From the IMG/VR virus record IMGVR_UViG_3300045988_127492, positions 1 to 64,000 of that record: a stretch of 64,000 nucleotides of DNA. One strand, 5' to 3'. Source of the stretch: a virus. Positions 36,301 through 45,442 of this stretch are shown piece after piece (position 1 is the stretch's first letter; every line of letters starts with the position of its first letter). Made by a program: the position numbers and the translations under genes. A model generated the notes under the pieces. It did no database searches, had not been told where the DNA came from, and saw only the letters and a program-made list of their open reading frames with translations.

Positions 36301-38854
36301 GCTTGTCTCTAAAAATAATAAACCTACTATTGCATTCCAAGAAAGTACACAGCAGTTCTATGATTCTGCTGGCAATATTCGTGTACAAATTGGTATGGAT
36401 GGCAATGGAAATTTCAACTTCATTGTTAAAAATGGTAATAAAGCCGCTCTCTTCGATGAGAATGGTATTACTCAGACTGGTATCCCAAACAATACAATTC
36501 TTGGAGATATGATTAACAATGCAACAATTACTAAGGATAAACTTGGATTCCAAGTAATAGAGCCTAATAAACAAGGTGGCATTGATATCACAAACATTTA
36601 CGATGGCAAAGGTAATCAATGGTGGGGAATCGAAAAGACTACTATTACAGATGATTACACGAAACAGATCAAAAATGTTACGGATACGCTTACTGGACAG
36701 ATTGAAACGAAGGTAAGCAATACTGATTATCTCAAAGATCAAGAAGCCATTCAAACTGAATTCTCAGACATCAAGCAAGATGTTTCTGGTATTACTTCTA
36801 CTGTAAGCAGTATGAGGACTGACCTTTCTGATGCTCAGGGAAAAATTACTGCAAACTCATCTTCTATCACCCAGAACGCTGACAAAATTTCATTTATGGT
36901 TACAGGCGACAAAGAGTCTGAATTCCAAGTTACAAATAAATTTATTCAGATGATTTCTGACACAATTGGTATTAAAGCAAATAACATCAACATCGACGGT
37001 ATTATTACTGCTATGAACAATAGTATTGATAGTAGTACTACAAGAATCAATGGTGGAATCATTGATACCAATACTGTAAATGCCATGCTTATTGCTGCTC
37101 AGTCATTGCAATCTAAGAATTATCAGGGACCATCTACGGCTGACGGAATTTATGCTCAAGCAGGACTTCAGATTAACATGGAAACTGGATCTATGAAAGC
37201 AAAGAATTTTGCTGTTGATGGTGAAGGTAATGCTTATTTTAAAGGTAACGGTGAATTTGAAGGTAAAATCATTGCTTCTTCTGGTCAGATTGCGGATTGT
37301 ACAATTGATAAAGGAAAATTTACGGTACCTTTTGCAAACATTACTGGTACTTTATCCTCAAATCAAATTGCAGCAAATTCTATTTCTGCTGACAAACTAA
37401 CAACAAATAATATCGTTGGGACAAATGGATGGATCAATCTTGCGACCGGGACGTTTGATTATGGAAATGGAAAGTTTGTATGGGATGGTACAACTGCAAG
37501 TATTGAAGGAAAAATCAAATCCACAATTGGATCAATTGGTTGTTGGACACTTGATGATGATTCAATTTACAGAACTAATAAAGAGTTTGCTGCTTCTGAC
37601 GGAATGTATTTTGGAGTTTCCGGATTATCAATCAGTGATAAGTTCAAAGTAACCTCAGATGGAGTTCTCGCGGCAACAGGAAGTAATATCAGCGGCGATA
37701 TTAATGCTACGAATATGACTGCAAAAGGTAGTTATTCTATCTATTATAATACAACTAATGGTATACCTACGGATTCAGATAAGATAATTACAGCAATTAA
37801 CTGGGAAGATTATAATGATAAGTCTGTTCTATTTGGGTTTGCAGATGATGATCATGTTGAAGTTACAGGAATGTCCGTGACGAAATCAAATAGATCTATT
37901 GTGTTTGGAGGAGAATCTATTCAGCTCAATGGGATAGTCTATGTGACAGGTACAAATGGTTCTATCCCGTACCAAAATATTACCTGGAATCCTCCAAGCT
38001 CCACAGTTTTCTCGTGTAATGGTTATGGACATCATCATACAATCCTTCCTACCGGAACAGGCACGAATGCAATAGGTATAAGTAATACAAGTGATGACCC
38101 TGATGTAAGTGCAGAATGGAGCATTGTTCCTTATATATTAAATACACCAATTGATGACACTGGACGGTACACTGGCGAAAACATCTCAATTTCAAAAGAC
38201 GCCTCAGCGGCTATGAATATCGGTTCAGCAAAATATAATTTCAAATGCGTATATACAAAATCATTGAATCTAAATGGAAAATCATACAGTATTATAGATA
38301 GTATATATAATGCACAAGGATATGGTATTCGTGCTAATTATAATAGTACTGCAAAAGAGCATCGAATTCTGCCATCTCATAATGATGAAAATGCCGACGG
38401 ACTCGTTACTCTTGGATCAAATGGTACGAGTTTTAAATCTATTTGGTGTAGTCAAAGTAGTATTAATTCTAAATCAGATCGGAATATGAAAGAGGACATA
38501 AAAGAATATAATGAGACTATTGAGCAAGCATATATGGAGTTCCAACCAGTTTCTTACAAATTCAAAAACTTCAGCAAAGCGACTAATCATGATCGCACTC
38601 ATTATGGTCTCATCGCCCAGGGTGTTGAAGAGACCTTACATAAGTACGGAATCACTAACGAAGAGGCAGGATTTTTATTAATTGACCAACTTGAAGAACC
38701 TAATGAGGCCGGGAATATGGTGAATTACGGATTAAGATATGGTGAATTTATTCCTTTGAACATGCATATGACCCAGAAAGCACATCGTAGAATTGATTCA
38801 CTTGAAAAAGAAATTCTTTCACTTAAGGATGAAATTAAAAAACTGCAGAAATAA
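33305..38854 (+). CDS. Tail-associated lysin / tail fibre protein (Tal-like, 1849 aa) with C-terminal S74 intramolecular chaperone domain
   Basis: TTG start overlaps the Dit stop (TTGA). The N-terminal domain is in the Tal position. A jelly-roll/CBM-like segment (…YTLSCFVKGSGTFYLGYGN…) is present. The C-terminus SDRNMKEDI...HYGLIAQGVEE...YGLRYGEFIPL plus a coiled coil matches peptidase S74 autoproteolytic chaperone domains. Confidence 0.7.
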   Translation: MKVKHKYDIYGRTEPSIIYLAKPGKRLHCALNGVDTSTVSLSLKTNNTAELTFTVDKYVDNIITDGYEELDELMELYCDGIWFKIVDPPTINNDGLRETKEITAESYEIMLTQYRLKNFKINMGEKDSYEMIYQASHDADKFYQIKFCDPENEDLSFLHLVLKHADVPGWHIGYVDNITPDDDGKLLPDNICNFDVDDQNVYAFLTQETAQAYKCVFEFDTVNMTINVYRPDSLGKDTNVILGFRNIQNSISISREENLVTQFYVEGLDSYNIDAVNFGDSVITDLSYFVREPYMNATLQEKYNAWQDYRESRREEFMNLSREYNQNLEVLTELTNRVPVDSAQTNWFGKTVEELKDAYDSNMAIIKGFESLYVDDEKNFDLDALKKSSDWPMYESIMNYTLPAIVAALQAQDETVDGFGKGNIISCVNPVVLGQDWYTVGSGTSTFKAVQVDDAPAYGITRGIEITGTDGGIYQHNINIEPSQRYTLSCFVKGSGTFYLGYGNTGEDRKNISYDITSSWTRVYTSFKLSSHLIDVAFTGSSDFTVCGMQLEMGDSPSQFGYFTQSENIMKAYETDWKLYGISELKVKISTYDGCIKELKKNGYDNEYNSLAGYEEAYFTQMHQKYLDYLNLKEQAEAALTERQAEYDVAEKPEIQEKRNQIAKDVLIENYGKVQTQYPAFTDTEMYIIKSLYNQSIYTNENIIVTTLDSTADAVDKSKVLYDDAIEELYVESHPQYTYTDDIENIYTLPEFKEYHEQLNVNDFVRVGLSDTSYVKLRVIEITYNPCDLDESMEITFSNMIQYKAKRNDYNSLLNDVINASDRTGGRINSVNKSTTSDYVITADVIKQIFSNPLFNSMLGGATTGGAGSSGTVTADAIVAELVKAKEGVFDKLTVDTAFMTYLDANLISADTITTRILNAEQANIEKLSATLIEANQISADMANIKNLIAGNAGVGELHTIHLTAENVEIDQAVITDLIAKKIAVGDLMAQNALANQIVLVSKNNKPTIAFQESTQQFYDSAGNIRVQIGMDGNGNFNFIVKNGNKAALFDENGITQTGIPNNTILGDMINNATITKDKLGFQVIEPNKQGGIDITNIYDGKGNQWWGIEKTTITDDYTKQIKNVTDTLTGQIETKVSNTDYLKDQEAIQTEFSDIKQDVSGITSTVSSMRTDLSDAQGKITANSSSITQNADKISFMVTGDKESEFQVTNKFIQMISDTIGIKANNINIDGIITAMNNSIDSSTTRINGGIIDTNTVNAMLIAAQSLQSKNYQGPSTADGIYAQAGLQINMETGSMKAKNFAVDGEGNAYFKGNGEFEGKIIASSGQIADCTIDKGKFTVPFANITGTLSSNQIAANSISADKLTTNNIVGTNGWINLATGTFDYGNGKFVWDGTTASIEGKIKSTIGSIGCWTLDDDSIYRTNKEFAASDGMYFGVSGLSISDKFKVTSDGVLAATGSNISGDINATNMTAKGSYSIYYNTTNGIPTDSDKIITAINWEDYNDKSVLFGFADDDHVEVTGMSVTKSNRSIVFGGESIQLNGIVYVTGTNGSIPYQNITWNPPSSTVFSCNGYGHHHTILPTGTGTNAIGISNTSDDPDVSAEWSIVPYILNTPIDDTGRYTGENISISKDASAAMNIGSAKYNFKCVYTKSLNLNGKSYSIIDSIYNAQGYGIRANYNSTAKEHRILPSHNDENADGLVTLGSNGTSFKSIWCSQSSINSKSDRNMKEDIKEYNETIEQAYMEFQPVSYKFKNFSKATNHDRTHYGLIAQGVEETLHKYGITNEEAGFLLIDQLEEPNEAGNMVNYGLRYGEFIPLNMHMTQKAHRRIDSLEKEILSLKDEIKKLQK

Positions 38855-38855
38855 A

Positions 38856-38890
38856 GAAAGGTCATGAGCATTCATGGCCTTTTCTTATGC
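38856..38890 (+). terminator. Rho-independent terminator
   Basis: GAAAGGTCATGA-GCAT-TCATGGCCTTTC followed by TTAT. Confidence 0.55.
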
Positions 38891-38904
38891 AAAGAAGGTG
38901 AACT

Positions 38905-39282
38905 ATGACAAATCAAGAATACGAAGATAAATTAAAAAAAATCAAAGAAAAAAATCAACAGATTGAGATGAAACAAAAGCTAAAGGATGCCAAGGTTAAA
39001 AGATTTAATTGGAAGAAACCAAATACAAGTAAACTTATTGTATTTGTAGTCTTTGCTATCAGTTTACAGATACTTTGGTTTAGCGAACACATGATAAGTC
39101 TTACTGGAGATACAAGTTATATGTATGCTCTTATTGGTATTCCAGCGGCGCTTATCCCAACAGTCATCTCATATTTTAATAAGGCTAAAATCGAGAACAT
39201 CTCAGACTCTGGCTACGTTTATGAGGCTCGAATGGCAGAACTTAATCAGCAAGACACTTCAGATGATGAAGCTGTCGGTTAG
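38905..39282 (+). CDS. Membrane protein with two TM helices (holin-like candidate)
   Basis: RBS GAAGGTGA. Charged N-terminus, then LIVFVVFAISLQILWF and YALIGIPAALIPTVISYF. Confidence 0.4.
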   Translation: MTNQEYEDKLKKIKEKNQQIEMKQKLKDAKVKRFNWKKPNTSKLIVFVVFAISLQILWFSEHMISLTGDTSYMYALIGIPAALIPTVISYFNKAKIENISDSGYVYEARMAELNQQDTSDDEAVG

Positions 39283-39291
39283 GAGGAAATT

Positions 39292-39690
39292 ATGAATATT
39301 AAACAGGGTATTCAGGACGTATTATATTTAATCATTACTGGTATTCTCCCATTGCTTATTACTTATGGAGTCCTTTTCCTGAAAGTAAAAATCAAAGAGC
39401 AGGAAAAGAAACTGGAAAATGATCAGCTCGTGAAATATATTGATGCTGCTACTGATGCTATCAGTAAAGCTGTATTGACAGTCAATCAGACCTACGTAGA
39501 TTCTCTAAAGAAACAGGGCAAGTTTGACGCTGAAGCAGCAAAGATAGCAAAACAGATGGCAATTGATAAGGCTAAAGCCCTTATTACAGAGGACTCTAAA
39601 GCAGCTATTGAAACATTATACTCAGATTTCGAAGCATATCTTAATGATGCTATCGAAGAACTTGTCCGTGAGAATAAAATTTCAAAATAA
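39292..39690 (+). CDS. LL-H-family holin-like protein
   Basis: N-terminal TM helix (LIITGILPLLITYGVLFL), then ...VNQTYVDSLKKQGKFDAEAAK..., which matches my recollection of the phage_holin_6/LL-H family (unverified). Confidence 0.5.
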   Translation: MNIKQGIQDVLYLIITGILPLLITYGVLFLKVKIKEQEKKLENDQLVKYIDAATDAISKAVLTVNQTYVDSLKKQGKFDAEAAKIAKQMAIDKAKALITEDSKAAIETLYSDFEAYLNDAIEELVRENKISK

Positions 39691-39711
39691 CCTATAAGGA
39701 GTACAAGGATT

Positions 39712-40155
39712 ATGAAGAAAACTATTGTAAATGCAGACATTATGGCAATGTATAAAACATTAAATTCTATGAAGAGTCGTGCGGATTTAATCGCAGGAGA
39801 TGTTGATGTATTTTGGGCGAATACAATGAACCTGAAGACTCTTAAGACTCAGGTAGATAAAATCTCAGAGGTCGAGCAGGAGTTAGTTAATTCTTATTTT
39901 ACAGAAGAAAACTCACATCCTATTGTTGACGAAAACGGTAATGAAACAGGAAATCGTGCTCTGAATGATGACATAAAAGATAAAATCATCCCTGAAATCC
40001 AAGAAAGTCTGCAGAAAATTTATGATAAAACATGTGAACTTGATATTGAGATGATTCCAGAGGAATCTCTCAAGAAAATGCTCAAAGCAAATGAAGACAA
40101 ACTGTCTATGCTTGATATGACAGTCATGTATGAATTTGTAGAAAAAGATAAATAA
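39712..40155 (+). CDS. Hypothetical protein (147 aa)
   Basis: RBS TAAGGAG. Acidic and helical. Confidence 0.45.
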   Translation: MKKTIVNADIMAMYKTLNSMKSRADLIAGDVDVFWANTMNLKTLKTQVDKISEVEQELVNSYFTEENSHPIVDENGNETGNRALNDDIKDKIIPEIQESLQKIYDKTCELDIEMIPEESLKKMLKANEDKLSMLDMTVMYEFVEKDK

Positions 40156-40191
40156 CCCATTCTACACTGAAAACAATGAAAGGAGGAAGCT

Positions 40192-40902
40192 ATGTATACA
40201 TTAAAAATTACAGATGAAAATACTGTTATAACAACAGTAAAAGAATCTATTGTAGAAAGAAGTAATGCGGTAGATAAGATTCAGATCATAACCAATAAAA
40301 TGTATCGAGATCAGATTGATATGACTGATGCTACTGTATATATGAAATATACACTTCCTGTCACAAAGACAATCAAAATGACAAAGTTGATTGCGCACGA
40401 TACCAATTATGAGACAAATTATATTCAGTATATCATTCCTGCGGATGCTCGAATTACTGCTGAACCGGGAGACATCGAGGTTACTTTTACATTTTATAAA
40501 CTTGTAAAGAATTTAGACGAATCTACAACATCTTATGTGCGTAAAACACAGTCTGGTATTATCAGTATTACTCCTCTTGTTCCATTCGATAAATATATTC
40601 CTGATGAAATGCTAGATGGCTTAGACAAACAGATATTGTCCCTAATGGCAAGACAAAAAGATATTGAGGCGCTAAACGAAGCCATTTACAATGGTCTTGT
40701 AAAAGAGTTAGACATTCGATACGACGCTGAAAACGACAGGATTACATTGACTAATAGAGAAGGTGATACCGGTAAAGGTATTAAAATTGAAGACCTCTCT
40801 TCTATTGTTGCAGAAGGAATGTCAGGAAAAGATCCGGACGGCGAACAAGATGGCGTTGTTAATCTTGATAATGTAGTACAGTTAGATAATTTATTAAAAT
40901 AA
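40192..40902 (+). CDS. Hypothetical tail-module protein (236 aa)
   Basis: RBS AAAGGAGGAAG. Lies upstream of the fibre gene. Confidence 0.45.
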   Translation: MYTLKITDENTVITTVKESIVERSNAVDKIQIITNKMYRDQIDMTDATVYMKYTLPVTKTIKMTKLIAHDTNYETNYIQYIIPADARITAEPGDIEVTFTFYKLVKNLDESTTSYVRKTQSGIISITPLVPFDKYIPDEMLDGLDKQILSLMARQKDIEALNEAIYNGLVKELDIRYDAENDRITLTNREGDTGKGIKIEDLSSIVAEGMSGKDPDGEQDGVVNLDNVVQLDNLLK

Positions 40903-40917
40903 AGGTAGGTGATTTGT

Positions 40918-43494
40918 ATGGCATTGATTCCTGTATTTTACACTGCATCTACAAAAGATATAGCAGAAAAATCATATGAACAAGGAATTTTAAAATATCC
41001 AGGAATATGCTGGATACAAGATATTGAAACTATTGTATATGTATCATCTGATAATGAGCTACATTATGCAAAAGGAAATGAACAGATTGACAAAGTTATA
41101 GGTGCAGTTTCTGGACATTTGCCAGCACTTAATGATGACGGAAGTTTGGTCGACTCCGGCAAATCGGTTAATGACTTCGAAGCTGCCGGTGCTGCTGCAT
41201 CTGCTTTAGCTGATGCAAAATCATATATAAATAAAAAGATCTCAGAATTAATTAATGGTGCTCCTGAGACGGCAGATACATTAAAAGAATTAAGCGATCT
41301 TGTTTCTCAGAATAAAGACGTAATTACTTCTTTAGATACCTTGCTGTCTAAAAAAGCAGATATAACAGCAATTCCCACCACTCTTCCAAATCCTAATGCA
41401 TTAACATTTTCCGGACTAGTTGAAGGTAATTACGATGGCTCTGAAGCTGTGAATATTGAAGTACCACAGGATATATGGATTCATGTAACTATAGATTCTT
41501 CTGGACATATTAGCGAAAGAGATACAACATTTGAAAAAATTGATAACTATTATACATCTCATCCAAGTAACAATATATTCATGTCATGTTTAATAGATAA
41601 TATTGAATATATTGGGACATTGGAATCTGCTTCTCCGGGAAATAGTTATACGTTTGGAGTTATGTCTTGTCCCACAGTAGATGCAACAGTTAATGGAATA
41701 ACTAAAAAAAGTATTACAATATATGAAAATGATGGTTATGGTATAGATAATGTTATATTAAGCATACCTTCTGTTAGAGTTAGTGGGGGTATTACTTTTG
41801 AAAGAGCTGTGTGTAAACTTCTTGCGAGAGCTAATATTGGTTACGTAATACGCCCAGGTAGTTATGATGGTGGTGATTATTACTTGGTTATCAAAACTAA
41901 TTTTGATAGAGGACGTGGAGGATGCCTAGTATATGATAGATATGGAACATTTAAATCATATAGATACACTTTAATGAACGGTGAGGAGTGGACTATTACT
42001 CCTACCAGTTCTCCTAACATTATCTCAATAACTACAAAAAATGGAAAATATTATAGCTCACATAACTTTAATGAGATAAAAAAAATAAATCCAGAAAATA
42101 TGCTTGTTTGTTATAACAATGCATACGGACGTTTAGTATCAATGGATGATAATAAGGCTATATTTAAGATTCTAAAGTCTACTGTCGTTCCTTTCGACGT
42201 ATATATCCGCATTAATTCTGATGATTCTGTTGAAGTTAAACAAGGAATCCCATATGCTGATTTAAATAAAAGTGATGATAACACATATACTCTTGATCTA
42301 TCAGAGATATTTATGAACTATGACTTTGCTATAATTTATTATGATGATACAACACAATCCTCTTATTTAGGAAAAATGTACAAAAACACAAATGATGGGA
42401 CAATATTTAGAATATGGCTGAAAACTGAAATCATGGATGTTACGGTTAATCTTAGTGAAATAAATGATGATACCGATTTATCAGCGGTGCCTGTTACAGT
42501 AGAAAAGAAAAGTATAGTACCGTCTACTTTACCTAACCCTAATAAACTTACGTTTGAGGGTGCTGTAACTGCTGAATATGATGGTTCTGGTGCTGTAACT
42601 GTATCTATTCCAGAAGTAAATGATGCTGTTATTAATTCATCTGATACTTGGAGTTCCCAAAAGATTTATAATGAGATCGCTCCATTAAAGAAATCCCTAG
42701 AAGACGGTATACAATCCGACTGGAACCAAAACGATGACACTGCTGTTAATTATGTTAAAAACAGACCATTTTACACATATTACGTTGAAGCTACTTTTAA
42801 TTACAATCCAGATGAGGACGACAATATACTCGAAGGATTTGTACCATTTAAAGAAGGGGATAATGTTACCGTCAAGATTGATGGTATAGAATATTCAAAG
42901 AGAGCATGCTCTATGCAAGACGGCGGTGATACAACAATAGTCTATATCGGAGACGATCCGAGTAACCAAGATTCCTTTAACTGGAGTATTGGTTGTGTTT
43001 ATGATCCATTGGAAAATGCAGTAATAGCATTCATCTCGAAAGAACCTCATTCTATAACATATAAAAAAGAACAGTTTCATACAATTGATCCAAGATATAT
43101 CCCTGTTTCAACGAGAATATTACAAACAGACGAGGATGTTTTTGGTAGTAGCATAATATCAGGAACACGAATTGCGTCAACTCGTGCGAATCCATATCCA
43201 AATAAAGAAACATTAACCAAACTGTCCGTGGAAACTTTTAATAAAATGCTGAACAGATCTATAAGACTACCCGATTTTGTCAACGTAGAGGGAAATATAG
43301 CATCTATTAGACGGTCAGGCGGGAAAATATACGTTACATGGTCAAGTGTTGGTTTTTATTATCAAAATAAAGTTGGACTAGCAGGTGCTAATCATAATTT
43401 CTTTGAGGCTGTAATATGCGAAGATGATGCCAATCCAGGTACTATTATATCAAAATATGGATTTGTTACCATTTCTGATAAGACGATATCCTAA
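40918..43494 (+). CDS. Tail fibre / receptor-binding protein candidate
   Basis: ATG after AAAGGTAGGTGA. Internal duplicated motif LPNPNALTFSG..YDGSEAVNIEVP (about 41380-41470) and LPNPNKLTFEGAV.AEYDGSGAVTVSIPE (about 42525-42615), a pattern common in fibre proteins. Confidence 0.55.
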   Translation: MALIPVFYTASTKDIAEKSYEQGILKYPGICWIQDIETIVYVSSDNELHYAKGNEQIDKVIGAVSGHLPALNDDGSLVDSGKSVNDFEAAGAAASALADAKSYINKKISELINGAPETADTLKELSDLVSQNKDVITSLDTLLSKKADITAIPTTLPNPNALTFSGLVEGNYDGSEAVNIEVPQDIWIHVTIDSSGHISERDTTFEKIDNYYTSHPSNNIFMSCLIDNIEYIGTLESASPGNSYTFGVMSCPTVDATVNGITKKSITIYENDGYGIDNVILSIPSVRVSGGITFERAVCKLLARANIGYVIRPGSYDGGDYYLVIKTNFDRGRGGCLVYDRYGTFKSYRYTLMNGEEWTITPTSSPNIISITTKNGKYYSSHNFNEIKKINPENMLVCYNNAYGRLVSMDDNKAIFKILKSTVVPFDVYIRINSDDSVEVKQGIPYADLNKSDDNTYTLDLSEIFMNYDFAIIYYDDTTQSSYLGKMYKNTNDGTIFRIWLKTEIMDVTVNLSEINDDTDLSAVPVTVEKKSIVPSTLPNPNKLTFEGAVTAEYDGSGAVTVSIPEVNDAVINSSDTWSSQKIYNEIAPLKKSLEDGIQSDWNQNDDTAVNYVKNRPFYTYYVEATFNYNPDEDDNILEGFVPFKEGDNVTVKIDGIEYSKRACSMQDGGDTTIVYIGDDPSNQDSFNWSIGCVYDPLENAVIAFISKEPHSITYKKEQFHTIDPRYIPVSTRILQTDEDVFGSSIISGTRIASTRANPYPNKETLTKLSVETFNKMLNRSIRLPDFVNVEGNIASIRRSGGKIYVTWSSVGFYYQNKVGLAGANHNFFEAVICEDDANPGTIISKYGFVTISDKTIS

Positions 43495-43600
43495 TATTTT
43501 TAATTAACAGGAGAAATTTGATAGTAATTTGGACGTTTCTGCGTATTAATATATACTAAAATATGTAAGTGAAATTAAAACTACATAAGAATAATAGGAA

Positions 43601-44023
43601 CTATCGAGTTGACTTGATTGATAAACATATAGGCAGGATGGTAACTGCTACTCTCCTGCCTATGAATATCATTTGTGGATTTCTAATAATAAGGTACGAA
43701 TCTGTTTGTAATACATTGAGAGGGCTATCGTTATCTCCGATTGCAACAAATCTATTTGTATCGTTTTCAATAAGTTTTCTGATATAATCAAATGCATGTA
43801 AAGTATGTATAAAGCTTTGCATCTGTTCATATGTGATAACATGTACATCATCTGCCATCTCAAATATAAGAATTTTGAGACCTTTTCGATGCTTATACGT
43901 TTTAATGAAGTCATTAATTTCTTTTTCATCAGAAGTGTTAATTTCATCTACTACATAGCTTTCGATGTGGTCGATTCTTATACAGAGTAACTTGATGTAA
44001 TTTTTAATCTCGTATAACGCCAT
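43601..44023 (-). CDS. Reverse-strand hypothetical protein (140 aa), moron-like
   Basis: Strong RBS AAAGGAGGTGGAAAA. It is the only minus-strand gene between 24.1 and 49.5 kb. No recognisable motif. Confidence 0.5.
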   Translation of the reverse strand: MALYEIKNYIKLLCIRIDHIESYVVDEINTSDEKEINDFIKTYKHRKGLKILIFEMADDVHVITYEQMQSFIHTLHAFDYIRKLIENDTNRFVAIGDNDSPLNVLQTDSYLIIRNPQMIFIGRRVAVTILPICLSIKSTR

Positions 44024-44157
44024 TGTTTTCCACCTCCTTTCTGGTCATGGTAGGAAAATTATATATGTAATACGATACAATTTCATTAGTAAACGATTGG
44101 TAAAAATGGAAATGAATGGTAAATAAAAGATAGTTTTCATAACTTAAAGCAAATTAT

Positions 44158-44195
44158 GAGAGTCTTGTGTGATAACAAGGCTCTTTATTTTTATA
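44158..44195 (+). terminator. Rho-independent terminator (plus orientation)
   Basis: GAGAGTCTTGT-GTGATA-ACAAGGCTCTT, an 11-bp stem with two G.U pairs, then TATTTTT. Confidence 0.5.
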
Positions 44196-44213
44196 GAAAA
44201 ATGAGGTGAACGA

Positions 44214-44393
44214 ATGAAAAGAGAAACACCTTTATATTGTTGCTATTCTCTTGAACAGAGAAAATTTTTAACTAAGAAAAATATCAAATATGAAATTGTA
44301 GGATTGAATCCAAATAATCAACAAATGTTTTGGGTTTATATCAGAAGTAAGGAATTAAATGATGCTTTGAATTTATGGACTGCTAGGAAATAG
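44214..44393 (+). CDS. Small protein (59 aa), paralog-like to 15505..15732
   Basis: RBS GAGGTGAA. Sequence MKRETPLYCCYSLEQRKFLTKKNIKYEIVGLNPNNQQMFWVYIRSKELNDALNLWTARK. Below the 60-aa cutoff of the ORF track. Confidence 0.45.
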   Translation: MKRETPLYCCYSLEQRKFLTKKNIKYEIVGLNPNNQQMFWVYIRSKELNDALNLWTARK

Positions 44394-44433
44394 CGGTTCT
44401 TTTTTATGTTTAATTTTGAGGAGGAATTTTATT

Positions 44434-45441
44434 ATGGGAAACGATTGTTATACTGTTTACAAACATACAACACCAAATAATAAATATTACATTGGAATTA
44501 CCGGTCAAAACCCATTAAAACGTTGGCAAAATGGATATGGATATAAAGGCCAAATATTTTTTTATGCTATTCAAAAATATGGTTGGGATAATATCACGCA
44601 TGAAATCATTAAAGAAAATCTCACTGAAGAAGAAGCCCAACAATTAGAAATAGAGTTGATAGCTAAATATAGAAGTAATCAAGCCGATTTTGGATATAAT
44701 GTTTCATCCGGAGGTAAAGGAACTCATCATGCAAATACTGGATGCATGGATGAAAATAATTTAAAACATTATTCTCGTCCTGTAAATCAATATGATATAA
44801 AATTCAATTTTATTTCTAGTTATATAAGCATTGCTGATGCGGCATTAAAGACAAATACAAATCCATATGCATTATCTAACGCATGTAATCAACGTTTATT
44901 AACTGCTAATGGTTATATATGGATACATAAAGATTGTGACAATCTACAATATAGAGAAAAACTAAAACAAAAACTATTTGATAATAAACATTATAATAAT
45001 CAGTCAACATATGCATGCAGACCTGTTATATGTTTTGATTATCAACTAAATTATATCTGTACATACAAAAGTATTAATTCTGCTAAAACAGCAATTAATA
45101 AAAATAACGGGCAACCGATATTTCTTTCTTGTGTTTCTCAGCAATACTCAGCTTACGGATATGTGTGGCGTTTTGCTGATGAAATTTCAGATCTGTCAAT
45201 TTTTCAAAAAGATAATTCTTATCTCATCCCCAATAAATACAAAACCATTCTCAAATTTAATTTAAATAAAGACTTTATTTGTAAATATGAAAATTCTATA
45301 GCTGCTTCAAAAGACGAAGATAATAACATCACGACTAGCAGAGTTATTGAAATATGTAAGCGAAATAGAAACTACTGTAATGGCTATATTTACCGATTTG
45401 AGGATGATTGTGAATTTAACATTCAAAAGGAGGCTGCATAA
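44434..45441 (+). CDS. Free-standing GIY-YIG homing endonuclease
   Basis: RBS GAGGAGGAA. CYTVYKHTTPNNKYYIGIT...KRWQNGYGY is the GIY-YIG module. Three C-terminal IENR1/NUMOD1-like repeats (...ANGYIWIHK, ...AYGYVWRFA, ...CNGYIYRFE). Confidence 0.8.
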   Translation: MGNDCYTVYKHTTPNNKYYIGITGQNPLKRWQNGYGYKGQIFFYAIQKYGWDNITHEIIKENLTEEEAQQLEIELIAKYRSNQADFGYNVSSGGKGTHHANTGCMDENNLKHYSRPVNQYDIKFNFISSYISIADAALKTNTNPYALSNACNQRLLTANGYIWIHKDCDNLQYREKLKQKLFDNKHYNNQSTYACRPVICFDYQLNYICTYKSINSAKTAINKNNGQPIFLSCVSQQYSAYGYVWRFADEISDLSIFQKDNSYLIPNKYKTILKFNLNKDFICKYENSIAASKDEDNNITTSRVIEICKRNRNYCNGYIYRFEDDCEFNIQKEAA

Positions 45442-45442
45442 T

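Noticed and set aside
36266-36754. 162-aa minus-strand ORF inside the Tal gene (also 34501-34900 and 35818-36186)
   Set aside because: They lie fully within a well-supported 1849-aa plus-strand gene and have no start context. They are typical AT-rich antisense ORFs.
41380-42615. Repeated LPNPN..LTF.G...YDGS.AV motif in the fibre gene as a possible DGR template/variable repeat pair
   Set aside because: The two copies are diverged at many positions at the DNA level, not only at adenines. No reverse transcriptase gene is present in the window.
43629-43663. 10-bp perfect inverted repeat as a terminator for the reverse-strand gene
   Set aside because: It lies inside the ORF 3' end and has no U-tract on either strand. 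It is noted only as a structure.
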